DNA of 64,000 nucleotides from Candidatus Nomurabacteria bacterium (GTDB lineage: Bacteria; Patescibacteriota; Minisyncoccia; Phycocordibacterales; SBAW01), in the NCBI GenBank assembly GCA_943349945.1, contig CALQZS010000002.1, forward strand, positions 115,750 through 179,749, given 5' to 3'. Under the pieces are notes generated by a model, which did not search any database, had not been told where the DNA came from, and worked only from the letters and a program-made list of their open reading frames with translations. Below are positions 10,237 to 20,031 of the stretch, one piece after another (positions within the stretch are counted from its first letter, which is position 1; the number at the start of each line of letters is the position of its first letter). The translations under genes and the position numbers were made by a program.

Positions 10237-11328
10237 CTATCCCACCAACCGCGCGATGTCGTGGAAGGAGACGACCACCATAAGCCCAATAAGCAACGCA
10301 AAGCCAGCGATGGTCAGACGTAGTGAAAGTTTTTCCGAAATAGGGCGGCGGATAATTGCTTCAATAACGATGAAGAGTAGTCGCCCGCCGTCGAGCCCCG
10401 GGATAGGCAGCAGGTTAATAATCGCCAAGTTAACCGAGATAAGCGACATCAAAATAATAGTGGCCACAAGCCCGTCTTGCACCGCCGAGGCACCAATGCC
10501 CGCGATGCCAATAGGCCCCGCTACCCCGCCCCAGTTGGCTGTGCCGGTTACAATCGAATAGAAGAACCCTCCCAACCCCACCGCGGTACCCACCGTCATG
10601 TGGTACGCCAAGACCGCACCTTGCACCAGCGCCAGGTGCACCGGCAACTGCAGCTGACCCACGTCGTCGAGGCTCACCCCGAGTGCTTTTTGGCCAGCCA
10701 CCAACCCTTCTGCTGGTTTAGCAAGAAATGTTTTCTCTTCTTCGCCGCGCATCACGGTAAGCAGCACGCTTTCTTCTTGGTGTGCGGCAATAAACGCACG
10801 CAACTCGTCGGACGTAGCACCCTCTTGTATTTGCGCTGTGCCTGTCTGCGCCGCCACGACCACATCCTGTGCCTGCAGCCCAGCCTTGGCTGCAGGCGAG
10901 TCAGGCAACACACCAAGAACAGTGGTGCGCGCATCCTCTACCTGCCCCACCACCGCACTCCCCGCCGCTGTGGGCAGCCCATGCATATAGCCCGCCGAAA
11001 GCGCGAGCCATGCAAACAAAATATTAAACACCACGCCGGCCACAATGACCGCAGCCTGCACTAGGCGAGGCTTGCGCACCAAGCTGCGCGGGTCGGTCTG
11101 TACCCCATCTTCCTTGGCGGACTCACCAAAGATTTTTACAAACCCGCCGAACGGAAGCGCGTTAAACGAGTACTCGGTTTCGCCACGTTTAAACGCAAAC
11201 AAGCGGGGCGGGAAAAATATACCAAACTCGTCGACGCGGATACCAAAAAACTTGGCCACGCTAAAGTGCCCAAACTCGTGGACCAAAATAAGCACAACAA
11301 GGAGGACTATAAAAAGGAAGAGGCTCAT
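10237..11328 (-). CDS. rseP: Site-2 protease RseP (M50, PDZ)
   Basis: HEFGH, LPFGGFV, PDZ segment, NLLPIPGLDGG. Confidence 0.93.
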   Translation of the reverse strand: MSLFLFIVLLVVLILVHEFGHFSVAKFFGIRVDEFGIFFPPRLFAFKRGETEYSFNALPFGGFVKIFGESAKEDGVQTDPRSLVRKPRLVQAAVIVAGVVFNILFAWLALSAGYMHGLPTAAGSAVVGQVEDARTTVLGVLPDSPAAKAGLQAQDVVVAAQTGTAQIQEGATSDELRAFIAAHQEESVLLTVMRGEEEKTFLAKPAEGLVAGQKALGVSLDDVGQLQLPVHLALVQGAVLAYHMTVGTAVGLGGFFYSIVTGTANWGGVAGPIGIAGIGASAVQDGLVATIILMSLISVNLAIINLLPIPGLDGGRLLFIVIEAIIRRPISEKLSLRLTIAGFALLIGLMVVVSFHDIARLVG

Positions 11329-11341
11329 GTATATGTATTAG

Positions 11342-11893
11342 TTAATTACTTATTTCTTTTTCTTTGCGTACCAACATATCGTCAAATGCTTTGTTTGCCG
11401 CATCGACGCGTTTTTGCATTTCGTCTTTGGAGCGGAATTTGTCGTCCTCGGGCATGGTGCCTTCGCGCTCCAACTTTTGGATGTCCGACCACACGTCGTC
11501 GCGCGCCACGCGCAGCGCTGTGCGAGACTCTTCTACCTTTTCTTTTGCCAACTTAAGCAGCCCGACCCGACGCTCGGAGGTCAACTCGGGGAAGGATACA
11601 CGCACGCCTTTTTCATCTACACCGATAGAGAGCCCAAGGTTTGCCGTCGTGATTGCTTTCTCTATTTCTTTGGACACACTCGCATCCCACGGCGCCACAC
11701 GCAGCGTGCGCGCATCCTCGACCGCAATGTTGGCCACCTGGTTGAGCGGCATGCGGGTGCCGTAGCTTTCTACCTGGATGCCGTCGAGTATAGCGGGGGT
11801 CGCACGCCCGGTGCGCACCCCGCCCAAGTCTTTGCCCAAACGCTCGGTTATTTCTGCAATGCGCTTTTCAAATGGTTTAAAATCGTATGCCAT
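11342..11893 (-). CDS. frr: Ribosome recycling factor
   Basis: VRTGRATPAILD and FPELTSERR motifs. Confidence 0.97.
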   Translation of the reverse strand: MAYDFKPFEKRIAEITERLGKDLGGVRTGRATPAILDGIQVESYGTRMPLNQVANIAVEDARTLRVAPWDASVSKEIEKAITTANLGLSIGVDEKGVRVSFPELTSERRVGLLKLAKEKVEESRTALRVARDDVWSDIQKLEREGTMPEDDKFRSKDEMQKRVDAANKAFDDMLVRKEKEISN

Positions 11894-12045
11894 GGACCGA
11901 TTATATCATGACGATAAATAAGATGTTTGGAGGGGGTTTTGAGCGCGTCGTCTGCCGACCCTGGACAGCGAAAACTTCAGCGATTTTTTAGCAGAAAAAA
12001 TCGCGTACCCGGAAAACGCTTATTTATTGGAATGAACTACCTCAT

Positions 12046-12723
12046 CTACACTCGGAACCGCTTTGCTGCAGGCGGGTAGATTTTGACCAGCGGGTCTTTT
12101 GTGGTGTCGTAGGCGCGTGCCGGGGCTAGGTAGCGCCCATAGTGGATGATGCGGTGCGTAATATGCCCCCACTCTTTTTTGGGTACCAACTGCATCAAGT
12201 CTTTTTCTATCCGCACCGCGTCTTTGTAGTCCGACAAGTCAAACCGCTGCACAAACCGTATCACATGCGTATCGACGGTAATGCCCGCTACGACCCCATG
12301 CGCCTCTTTAAGCACCACCGTGGCAGTTTTCCGCGCCACACCAGGGAGCGTGAGCATCTCTTGCATAGTGCGCGGCACCTCGCCCCCAAAACGCTCGTGT
12401 AGTATTTTTGCCGCACCCAAAATATTTTTGGTCTTTGCGCGATAAAACCCAGAAGCAAAAATATCTTTTTCAAACTCCTCTATCCCCTTCTTTGTACTGC
12501 CCGCACGCACATAGTTGGCAAGAGTTGTATATTTTTTAAAAAGTTTCTCAGTAATTTTGTTTACCCCTTTGTCGGTCGACTGGGCCGAAAGCTGCACCGC
12601 GACCACAAGCTCCCAAGGCGTACTGTAGCCGAGCTCTATCGAGGCAGTTGGGTAGAGTGTTTTAAGTACTCGGTCCAACCTCGCTAGCCTAGCTTTTCTT
12701 TCTGCTAATTGAGCCGGTTTCAT
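12046..12723 (-). CDS. nth: Endonuclease III family HhH-GPD glycosylase
   Basis: LSAQSTD, LPGVARKTA, VDTHV; the C-terminal Fe-S cysteines are absent. Confidence 0.9.
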   Translation of the reverse strand: MKPAQLAERKARLARLDRVLKTLYPTASIELGYSTPWELVVAVQLSAQSTDKGVNKITEKLFKKYTTLANYVRAGSTKKGIEEFEKDIFASGFYRAKTKNILGAAKILHERFGGEVPRTMQEMLTLPGVARKTATVVLKEAHGVVAGITVDTHVIRFVQRFDLSDYKDAVRIEKDLMQLVPKKEWGHITHRIIHYGRYLAPARAYDTTKDPLVKIYPPAAKRFRV

Positions 12724-12771
12724 ATCCTGTACGAGGGTTGTTCTTAACTACATAGGCCGGGCCTATGTAGT

Positions 12772-13425
12772 TTATTTTATAGTCGGAAGTGTGGCAGCAA
12801 AGTGCTCGAGTATCATTTTGACCGATGGCGCACGATCTGCCAGATAGCGTCTAAAGTGCGCCACATCTGCCAGGCCCGCGCGCACAGGCGCAGTGGGCAA
12901 ACGCTGGTGCTCTGCATACAGCACCGCTTCCAGGTCGTCTACAAACGCACGCACCTGCTCGCGTGCACCATCTTCTTTTTTTACAAACGCGGTTACCCAC
13001 GCACTGCGCTTGGCGTATGGCCAACTCAAAAACTCTGCTGCCGCAGTATCAGCATGCGACTTTGCTATTTTCCCTGGATACTCCAAAAAGCGCGAGCGGA
13101 GCGTTGGCAACAAGCTGCCGTGCGGCACCAGCACTACAAACACCACACCCACTTGCGGCTCTTCAAACAACTTCAACAGCGCCTGCTGCGCTTCGCTGGT
13201 TATAGACACTATACCCAACACAAACAGCGCCCGCCCTGTCGCGCTACGCAGCGACGTTTGCGTCACCAAGGCACGCGACTCGTCTATCCCAAACTTCTCC
13301 CACAGCTCTACCTGCACCTCGGCAGTCCCCGCTCCCTCAAATCCAAATCGCGTCCGAGCGTCTGTCGCCAAAGCCCCAAGCAGTGCCGCCGGACCTTCAT
13401 ACACATATGCGTGGTGCGCCTGCAT
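12772..13425 (-). CDS. holB: DNA polymerase III delta-prime-like clamp loader subunit
   Basis: EAQQALLKLFEEP and LLPTLRSR motifs; start re-assigned to MQAHHAY. Confidence 0.75.
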   Translation of the reverse strand: MQAHHAYVYEGPAALLGALATDARTRFGFEGAGTAEVQVELWEKFGIDESRALVTQTSLRSATGRALFVLGIVSITSEAQQALLKLFEEPQVGVVFVVLVPHGSLLPTLRSRFLEYPGKIAKSHADTAAAEFLSWPYAKRSAWVTAFVKKEDGAREQVRAFVDDLEAVLYAEHQRLPTAPVRAGLADVAHFRRYLADRAPSVKMILEHFAATLPTIK

Positions 13426-13430
13426 AGTTT

Positions 13431-14444
13431 TTATCTTTTTGCGATAACCGCTTTTTTGTATGTATCCAAATGCTCCAACGCAATACCCGTCCCGCGTGCC
13501 ACACAAAACAGTGGGTCTTCTGCTACCGCAGCTTTAACGCCAGTGCGGCGCAGCACCAACTCGGGGAAATGGCGGAGCATCGAGGTACCGCCGGTCATGA
13601 TGATGCCGCGGTCTATAATGTCGCTAGCCAGCTCGGGCGGCGTTTCTTGCAAGACGTCGCGTATCGCTTTGATTATCTCGCGCAGCTCTTTGCCCATGGC
13701 CTTAACTATGTCGTTTGTCTTGAGCTCGGCCGAGCGGGGCAAACCCGTAATAAAATCGCGGCCGCGCACGGTGGTCACCAACTCCTCTTCCACAGGCACC
13801 GCAGAGCCTACAGCAATTTTTACATTCTCTGCAGTTTTTTCTCCAATACCAAGGTTGTATGTTTTTTTAATATAGTCGGCTATTGCATGGTCGAGCTTGT
13901 CGCCGCCACATTTGACCGAGGTTGATGCAACAATGCCGCCCAAAGAAATCACCGCAACGTCTGCGGTACCGCCACCAATGTCTACCACCATGTTGCCTCG
14001 TGGCTCGTGTATAGGAATGCCGGCACCAATTGCCGCCAAGACTGACTCTTTGACCACGTATGCATTTTTTGCACCAGCGCGTATCGCAGCCTCCACCACC
14101 GCACGACGTTCGGTCGAGGTAACACCCGTGGGCACCGACACCATCACCTCCGGACGAAACAAACTAAACCGCCCCATCGCTTTGGATATAAAGTAGCGCA
14201 GCATCGCCTGGGTTACGCGATAGTCGGCGATGACTCCGTCTTTGAGCGGGCGGTAGGCAATAATCTCGCCCGGGGTGCGGCCTATCATCTCTTTTGCCTC
14301 GACCCCCACCGCCAAGATGCGCTTGTCGACTTCGGAAATGGCTACGACCGACGGCTCGTTAAGTACCACGCCCCGCCCCGGCACAAACACGAGCGTGTTT
14401 GCGGTGCCGAGGTCGATGCCAAGCTTGGGAGTAAAAAAAGCCAT
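13431..14444 (-). CDS. mreB: Second MreB/Mbl paralog
   Basis: GIDLGTANT, VDIGGGT, MTGG motifs. Confidence 0.93.
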   Translation of the reverse strand: MAFFTPKLGIDLGTANTLVFVPGRGVVLNEPSVVAISEVDKRILAVGVEAKEMIGRTPGEIIAYRPLKDGVIADYRVTQAMLRYFISKAMGRFSLFRPEVMVSVPTGVTSTERRAVVEAAIRAGAKNAYVVKESVLAAIGAGIPIHEPRGNMVVDIGGGTADVAVISLGGIVASTSVKCGGDKLDHAIADYIKKTYNLGIGEKTAENVKIAVGSAVPVEEELVTTVRGRDFITGLPRSAELKTNDIVKAMGKELREIIKAIRDVLQETPPELASDIIDRGIIMTGGTSMLRHFPELVLRRTGVKAAVAEDPLFCVARGTGIALEHLDTYKKAVIAKR

Positions 14445-14484
14445 ACAGAAGGCAATAATACCCGAGCTGCTCTACTAAAACAAA

Positions 14485-15723
14485 TTATTTGGATTCTTCG
14501 CGCTGTATGTTGAGCCCCAGCGCCCGCAGCCGCTCTTCAATATGTTCGTAACCGCGGTCAATAAGGTATGCGTTGTCTATAGACGACGTGCCCTTGGCAA
14601 CTGTTGCAGCAAGCAGGTAGGCAAGCCCGCCGCGCAAGTCGGGGCTCTCTAGATTTTTGCGTGTAAATTCTTTGGGGCCGCGGATAAACACGCGATGCGG
14701 ATTCATCACCGCCATGTCTGCGCCCATCACCACCAGGTCGTCGACATAGCGGAAGCGACCATCAAATATTGTTTCTAAAATACTTCCCTCGCCTTGGCAC
14801 TGGCTCATAAAGACTGCCATAGGCGCTTGAAGGTCGGTAGGAAATCCGGGGTACTCGTGCGTGCGCACCGACACCATTTTGTATGGCGTGCTACTGCTCT
14901 GCACGCGGATACTCGTCGGCGTCGTTTCTATAGACACCCCTGCTTGCCGCAGCAGTGCAATAGGCACTTCGAGCCACGATGGGTTGCAGTGGGTAATGTG
15001 CACGTCGCTCCCCGCAAGCGCAGCCAAAATCACAAAACTCCCCGCCTCTATACGGTCGGCAGGTACCACAAACGGCCGCCCCGCCGCATGCAGCAGGCCA
15101 CCACCCATAATGCGCACCGTTGGAGTGCCCGCACCTTCTATATGCGCACCACAGTCATTTAGGTACTGTGCCAAGTAGCCAACCTCGGGCTCCATGGCTG
15201 CGTTTTGGAGCACCGTCTCCCCCTCTGCCAACACCGCAGCCATCATCAGCGTCTCGGTGCCTGTTACAGACACTAGCGGAAAGGTAATATGCGCCCCGCG
15301 GAGCTTGCCTCCCGAAGCAGTAATCCTAAAAAATCCGTCCTCTTCTTCGACTGCAGCACCCATGGCTTTAAAACCATTCAAGAAAAGATCTATCGAGCGC
15401 TCGCCCAGCACACATCCACCAGGAAACGGGAACTCCACCTTGCCGTAGCGTGCCAACACCGGCCCCGCAAGCACAATAGACGCGCGAAACTTTTCGGCAA
15501 TATCTTTGCGCAACACCGTGTTGTCTTCCTTGAGCGCCTCCAACAACTCGCGCATGCGTTTTACATCTTCGATATCGGGCACGTTTTCCAAAGGCACCTC
15601 ATCTTCAAACAGCACGCTCGCAGGCAAAATTTTAAGCACCGCGTTTTTTGCACCGCGCACCGCTATCTCGCCCTTAAGCGTACGTGCACCAGAGAGCCCC
15701 TCGACAACAAATCTTTCACGCAT
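14485..15723 (-). CDS. murA: UDP-N-acetylglucosamine 1-carboxyvinyltransferase
   Basis: GAKNA, PGGC, YPGFPTDLQ, DLRGG, IDRGYE motifs. Confidence 0.97.
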   Translation of the reverse strand: MRERFVVEGLSGARTLKGEIAVRGAKNAVLKILPASVLFEDEVPLENVPDIEDVKRMRELLEALKEDNTVLRKDIAEKFRASIVLAGPVLARYGKVEFPFPGGCVLGERSIDLFLNGFKAMGAAVEEEDGFFRITASGGKLRGAHITFPLVSVTGTETLMMAAVLAEGETVLQNAAMEPEVGYLAQYLNDCGAHIEGAGTPTVRIMGGGLLHAAGRPFVVPADRIEAGSFVILAALAGSDVHITHCNPSWLEVPIALLRQAGVSIETTPTSIRVQSSSTPYKMVSVRTHEYPGFPTDLQAPMAVFMSQCQGEGSILETIFDGRFRYVDDLVVMGADMAVMNPHRVFIRGPKEFTRKNLESPDLRGGLAYLLAATVAKGTSSIDNAYLIDRGYEHIEERLRALGLNIQREESK

Positions 15724-16069
15724 GGTAGTTTCTTTTTATATGGGTAGTAGGGGCTGTTTTTGATTGTAGCGCACTTTTGCCCTCGTGGTTTTTGGGGTTG
15801 ACCTCCCACCAAAATTTCTTTGAAAACGAGCTGGCGTTGCCGCGTTTTGCCGCATCGTCGCAAATGCTTTTAAGGTAGTACAGGTCTTTGGTGGGCACAC
15901 CCAAAAACACCCTACCCAACCGCCCCATAGACAGCGGCCCCAGCCCGTCGCGCGCTCTGGTCGCGTTTAGTTTGCTTAGAAAATATTCCATCAACTCCCC
16001 CCGCTCGGTGTCACGGCTTTTCTTTGGGGGTGCGCTTGCTTTGGGCATGTGCGAGCCTATATGGTCCAT
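15716..16069 (-). CDS. Hypothetical protein overlapping the murA start
   Basis: ORF from MDHIGSH, coupled to murA. Confidence 0.65.
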   Translation of the reverse strand: MDHIGSHMPKASAPPKKSRDTERGELMEYFLSKLNATRARDGLGPLSMGRLGRVFLGVPTKDLYYLKSICDDAAKRGNASSFSKKFWWEVNPKNHEGKSALQSKTAPTTHIKRNYHA

Positions 16070-16134
16070 TGCACCCCAGTATAGCAAACAGTCAGGAGCT
16101 TTATTTTTTAGAAAAAAATGGTATTGTGTGTTGC

Positions 16135-16671
16135 ATGAAGGACAGTGTCGTACAGATGGGGGCGTCGGTGTTGCGTGACATAGCAAAGCCGGTAGCCCAA
16201 AAAGAGTTTGGCACCAAAGAGCTGGCTGCCACAATCAAAAAGATGCAGAAGCTCGTCGCCACCGAAGAGTTCGGCGTGGCTATTGCCGCACCGCAAATTG
16301 GTGTATCCAAGCGGATTTTTATATTGGCAGATAAGGCCTTCGACGCGGGCCTCGCACCCGACAAAATTGCAGCCGCGCATAAAGTATTTATCAACCCCGA
16401 AATAATGCGCCTCTCGCGCAAAAAAGAAGAGATGGCCGAGGGGTGCCTGTCGGTGCGGGGCAAGTACGGCACCGTCATCCGCCACGAAAAAGCGAGCGTC
16501 CGCGCGTATACGCCAGAGGGCAAGGTATTTGTCTACCACGGCACCGGCCTTATCGCACAGATATTCCAACACGAGTATGACCACCTCGACGGCATATTGT
16601 ATGTCGATAAAGCAGAAAAACTACGCAACGAAAAAACAAGCAGCCCATTAAAAAAAGAAGTCGTAGCGTAA
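16135..16671 (+). CDS. def: Peptide deformylase
   Basis: GVAIAAPQIG, EGCLS, QHEYDHLDG motifs. Confidence 0.97.
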   Translation: MKDSVVQMGASVLRDIAKPVAQKEFGTKELAATIKKMQKLVATEEFGVAIAAPQIGVSKRIFILADKAFDAGLAPDKIAAAHKVFINPEIMRLSRKKEEMAEGCLSVRGKYGTVIRHEKASVRAYTPEGKVFVYHGTGLIAQIFQHEYDHLDGILYVDKAEKLRNEKTSSPLKKEVVA

Positions 16672-16674
16672 TAT

Positions 16675-17535
16675 ATGTCAGCAAAAAAACCTCTCTTTGT
16701 ATTTTTTGGTACCCCCGACTTGTCGGTGTGTGTACTTGAGGCACTTGCCGCGCACGGCCAGCTGCCGGCACTTGTGGTTACCGCACCACCACAGCCAAAA
16801 GGGCGCGGACTCGTGTTGACCCCTACCCCTGTGGCCGCATGGGCAGCAGAGCGCGGTATAGACACACTCACTCCAAAAAAGTTGGACCAGGACTTTGTCG
16901 ACATGCTCGCCAACAGTGACTGGGATGTGTTTGTGGTGGCTATGTATGCAAAACTCCTGCCCAAGCAAGTGCTGGACTTGCCGCGTCGCGGCACGCTCAA
17001 CGTGCACCCCTCGCTCTTGCCCAAATTCCGTGGACCTTCGCCCGTGCTCTCTGCTATTTTGGCAGACGAGCGCACCACCGGCGTCACTATTATGCAACTC
17101 ACCGAAAAAATGGACGCGGGGCCTATTGTCGCCCAGGCGCGCATCGAGGTAGACGAAGACACGGGCCAAGGTGGCTGGCCACCAAAAGGCAGCGAGTTTG
17201 AAATATTTTTGGCTACCGAAGGCGGCAACCTGTTGGCCGAGACACTCGGGCCGTGGGTTGCGGGAGATATACCCGCCGAGCCACAAGACGAAAGTGCCGC
17301 AACCTACACCAAGAAGTTTGCGCCCGAAGATGCACTCATAGACCCTGCGGGCGACCCACGCACACAGCTGCTTAAAATCCGCGCCTTCGACAAAAGCCCT
17401 CGTGCGCACTTTTTCCAAAACGGCAAACGGTTTATAGTCACCGACGCCACCGTCGAAGCGGGTGTGCTCAAGATACTCCGCGTCATCCCCGAAGGTAAAA
17501 AAGAGACCGACTACCAAAACGTTATCCACACCTAA
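16675..17535 (+). CDS. fmt: Methionyl-tRNA formyltransferase
   Basis: FFGTP, NVHPSLLPKFRG, MDAGP; follows def. Confidence 0.95.
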   Translation: MSAKKPLFVFFGTPDLSVCVLEALAAHGQLPALVVTAPPQPKGRGLVLTPTPVAAWAAERGIDTLTPKKLDQDFVDMLANSDWDVFVVAMYAKLLPKQVLDLPRRGTLNVHPSLLPKFRGPSPVLSAILADERTTGVTIMQLTEKMDAGPIVAQARIEVDEDTGQGGWPPKGSEFEIFLATEGGNLLAETLGPWVAGDIPAEPQDESAATYTKKFAPEDALIDPAGDPRTQLLKIRAFDKSPRAHFFQNGKRFIVTDATVEAGVLKILRVIPEGKKETDYQNVIHT

Positions 17536-17539
17536 CCCC

Positions 17540-17575
17540 ACGAAGGTCAGTCCTTCGCGAAGGACTGACCTTCGT
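17540..17575. repeat. Perfect 36-bp palindrome of two inverted REP-like units
   Basis: ACGAAGGTCAGTCCTTCG followed by its exact reverse complement. Confidence 0.85.
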
Positions 17576-17610
17576 AAAGAAAACTGGGGATAACTCTGCG
17601 ACCGGGGGGC

Positions 17611-17976
17611 CTAGACGCTGCGGCGGAAGCCGCGGATATATTCCTTTACCCGCATCGCGCTGCGGCGGAAGACGTGTTGGCGCTTCTTTTTGGTTTGCGA
17701 CAAGTCGCGGGCCAACTCGCCTGCCGCGATGTCTATCGCCTCGTGCAGTGCGTCTCCGTGTGCCTCGGCTCGGTGGACGTCGCTGCCCAACGCCAGGGTA
17801 AACTCTGCGCGATATTTTTTGCCCTCTTTGTTTGCCGCATGCTCCAGCTCGACGTCTGCATGCGCCGCGTCGGTGTGTACAAACTTGTCACTCGCGCTGA
17901 GTTTTTTTTCTACATAGGTGCGCAACTCGTCGGATATGTCTACGCCAGTGCCTTTGATGTTGTAGTTGAGTGCCAT
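17611..17976 (-). CDS. hpf: Ribosome hibernation factor HPF/RaiA
   Basis: IKGTGVDISDELRTYVEKKL...LHEAIDIA pattern. Confidence 0.88.
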   Translation of the reverse strand: MALNYNIKGTGVDISDELRTYVEKKLSASDKFVHTDAAHADVELEHAANKEGKKYRAEFTLALGSDVHRAEAHGDALHEAIDIAAGELARDLSQTKKKRQHVFRRSAMRVKEYIRGFRRSV

Positions 17977-17989
17977 AGATTATATTTTT

Positions 17990-18145
17990 TTATTGAGACT
18001 GATAAGAAGTACTTGTGGCAAACTCTGCGCTGCCCGGAGTGGGCGACTTTTTTGTGGGCGCAACCAAAAGCACCACGAGCGCCAACACCTCTATAACTCC
18101 GATAATCCCCAAAACGATGTATGCGCGCCTGGTTCCTGGTTGCAT
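17990..18145 (-). CDS. 51-aa single-TM protein (not in the ORF track)
   Basis: MQPGTRRAYIVLGIIGVIEVLALVVLLVAPTKKS...; fills the gap upstream of hpf. Confidence 0.55.
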   Translation of the reverse strand: MQPGTRRAYIVLGIIGVIEVLALVVLLVAPTKKSPTPGSAEFATSTSYQSQ

Positions 18146-18193
18146 ACCCCTAGTCTACCACTCCACCTGCCGCAGGTGTGCTAGTGTAGCCAT

Positions 18194-18415
18194 ATGTATA
18201 TAAAAGTCCGAGTCCAAACAGGGGCTAAAAAGGAGGTCTGCACCCCGCTTGGCGACAACACCTTTGCTATTGCGGTCAAAGAAAAGGCCAAGCAAAACTT
18301 GGCAAACAGGCGCGTGTTGGCGATTATTGCCGCAGAGTACCAAACGACGCCGCAAGCAGTGCACATAGTCAGCGGCCATCATTCGCCCAGCAAAATGCTC
18401 AAATTGCGCTCTTGA
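18194..18415 (+). CDS. DUF167/YggU family protein
   Basis: IKVRV...VKEKAKQNLAN...IVSGHHSPSK pattern. Confidence 0.85.
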   Translation: MYIKVRVQTGAKKEVCTPLGDNTFAIAVKEKAKQNLANRRVLAIIAAEYQTTPQAVHIVSGHHSPSKMLKLRS

Positions 18416-18426
18416 GACGCCCCAGG

Positions 18427-18819
18427 TTACTCGGTGGTCTTGCCGTCAAAATGCTCCTCGTCGGCCTGTGCCTGTGCTTTGGTTTGGTGGACCACTCCGT
18501 CTTTGTGGTGCGGCGGCATGTACAGCGTATAGAGCTTCATCTCGCCTGCCCCCGTGTTAGTGAGGTTGTGCGTAACGCCCGCCGGAACCACCACCACACT
18601 TCCGTCTGTAAGGTCGTGCGACACACCGTCTAAAATTGCCACACCGCTACCCTGCTCGACACGCAAAAATTGATCGACGTCGTGCACCTCTTGGCCAATG
18701 TCCTCGTTGGGCAACAGCGACATCAGCACCAGCTGACTGTTTTTGTCGGTGTATAAAACTTTTCTAAAATTAGCGTTCTCGAGCGCGAGCTTTTCTATGT
18801 TTGCTATGTATCCTTGCAT
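18427..18819 (-). CDS. Cupin domain protein
   Basis: EVHDVDQF...VPAGVTHN...YMPPHH cupin motifs. Confidence 0.9.
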   Translation of the reverse strand: MQGYIANIEKLALENANFRKVLYTDKNSQLVLMSLLPNEDIGQEVHDVDQFLRVEQGSGVAILDGVSHDLTDGSVVVVPAGVTHNLTNTGAGEMKLYTLYMPPHHKDGVVHQTKAQAQADEEHFDGKTTE

Positions 18820-18849
18820 ACCGTTAGGGTAGCACGGGTTTAGTGCAAT

Positions 18850-18879
18850 AAAAAAACGACCGCTTCAGTGAAGCGGTCG
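18850..18879 (-). terminator. Terminator of unit A
   Basis: CGACCGCTTC/GAAGCGGTCG stem with T7 on the minus strand. Confidence 0.85.
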
Positions 18880-18892
18880 CGTGGGTAGGTCG

Positions 18893-19264
18893 TTAGGCAT
18901 CCATCCCTGTCGCCCAATACCCGTGTCGGACGTCGAATGTACGCACCACGCATTGGATATACGCATCAGGCGTCATCTCGTGCGTAACCTGGAAGAAGGC
19001 GCTTGCCACCTCGTCCATATTGTCCGGCCCAAGCATGAAGTGGGCAGGCACATCCGCCTCGATGAGGATATTCTTCCCTGCCCCATAGGCAATTATGTCC
19101 AAGGGGAAAAGGATGATGATGTCGTTCTCGTCCCTGACGCGAAGCGCGGTGACAGAGCATGCCGCACGCAGCAGTTGGTTGAAGTAGGACTGATAGTCTA
19201 CTTCTACCCACGGGTTTGGTAGCCAATACGCCCTGACGATGGGCTTTGCGGGTCTCTCTAACAT
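18893..19264 (-). CDS. Orphan protein, unit A (123 aa)
   Basis: SD AAGGAG before the ATG at 19264; own promoter and terminator. Confidence 0.75.
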   Translation of the reverse strand: MLERPAKPIVRAYWLPNPWVEVDYQSYFNQLLRAACSVTALRVRDENDIIILFPLDIIAYGAGKNILIEADVPAHFMLGPDNMDEVASAFFQVTHEMTPDAYIQCVVRTFDVRHGYWATGMDA

Positions 19265-19302
19265 TTGTAGTCTCCTTTTTGTTGTGTCTAATATGACTAT
19301 AA

Positions 19303-19325
19303 CACAAAATATAAAAATTACTAGC
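19303..19325. repeat. 23-bp direct repeat, copy 1 (promoter region)
   Basis: CACAAAATATAAAAATTACTAGC, identical at 20032-20054. Confidence 0.92.
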
Positions 19326-19367
19326 TCTTGCACCTTAAGTCCGAATTGCCCGCAAATGGGTGTGTAT

Positions 19368-19400
19368 AAAAAAACCGCCCTCAGAAAACTCTGGGGGCGG
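19368..19400 (-). terminator. Terminator of unit B
   Basis: CCGCCC..CAGA stem with a T tract on the minus strand. Confidence 0.8.
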
Positions 19401-19406
19401 TAGTGC

Positions 19407-19793
19407 TTAATGCAGCGTCTGTGCAGAAACAGTGATAGTCTGCGGGCCGTTTTTTGACACAGGCTGCAGCGTCTGCATAAACATGCTTTGAAAAAAGTGC
19501 GACAGGACGGTGCACGCGCTCAGAGCCTTTGCGGTGTCCACCAAGTTTACCTTTTTCTTTTGCGCCAAGAGGTCGAGCGTCGGCGTTGGTGCAGTTGCAC
19601 CAGCTTCTGTTGCAAACGCATCAAACCGAGCAAGGAAGGGCCGAAGCTGTTGCAGCCTTTCCAGTGCTTTGATCATCAAGTCTGGAGGCGCTACACCTTG
19701 CACTACCAGACTCATGCACAAAAACAAATGACTCACCTCGAGCAAGTGTCTTTGCTCGCTGACATGGATGGTAGCCTGTGCTGGCTTGTTCAT
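19407..19793 (-). CDS. Orphan protein, unit B gene 2
   Basis: GGAG SD before MNKPAQ; ends just before the terminator. Confidence 0.65.
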   Translation of the reverse strand: MNKPAQATIHVSEQRHLLEVSHLFLCMSLVVQGVAPPDLMIKALERLQQLRPFLARFDAFATEAGATAPTPTLDLLAQKKKVNLVDTAKALSACTVLSHFFQSMFMQTLQPVSKNGPQTITVSAQTLH

Positions 19794-19809
19794 TACAAAC
19801 TCCGATCCG

Positions 19810-19998
19810 CTATTTCCTTTGTATTGGGTCGGTGGCTTTTTGGCCGCTGCCGGTGCAGTTTTGCGCCGGCACGCGCACGCTGTAGTGCGCCTGCAGCCTT
19901 GCCTCACCATCTCTCGTAACTTTGCAGACCACCTTCAAGGCACCACAAATGTGGCAAGTTGCCCTGACTGTGCCGCCATCAACAACAAAAGTATTCAT
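19810..19998 (-). CDS. 62-aa putative Zn-ribbon protein, unit B gene 1
   Basis: AGGAG SD; CHIC...H...CTGSG ligand pattern. Confidence 0.65.
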   Translation of the reverse strand: MNTFVVDGGTVRATCHICGALKVVCKVTRDGEARLQAHYSVRVPAQNCTGSGQKATDPIQRK

Positions 19999-20031
19999 GT
20001 ACTTACTCCTATATGTCTGTGGAAACGATAC

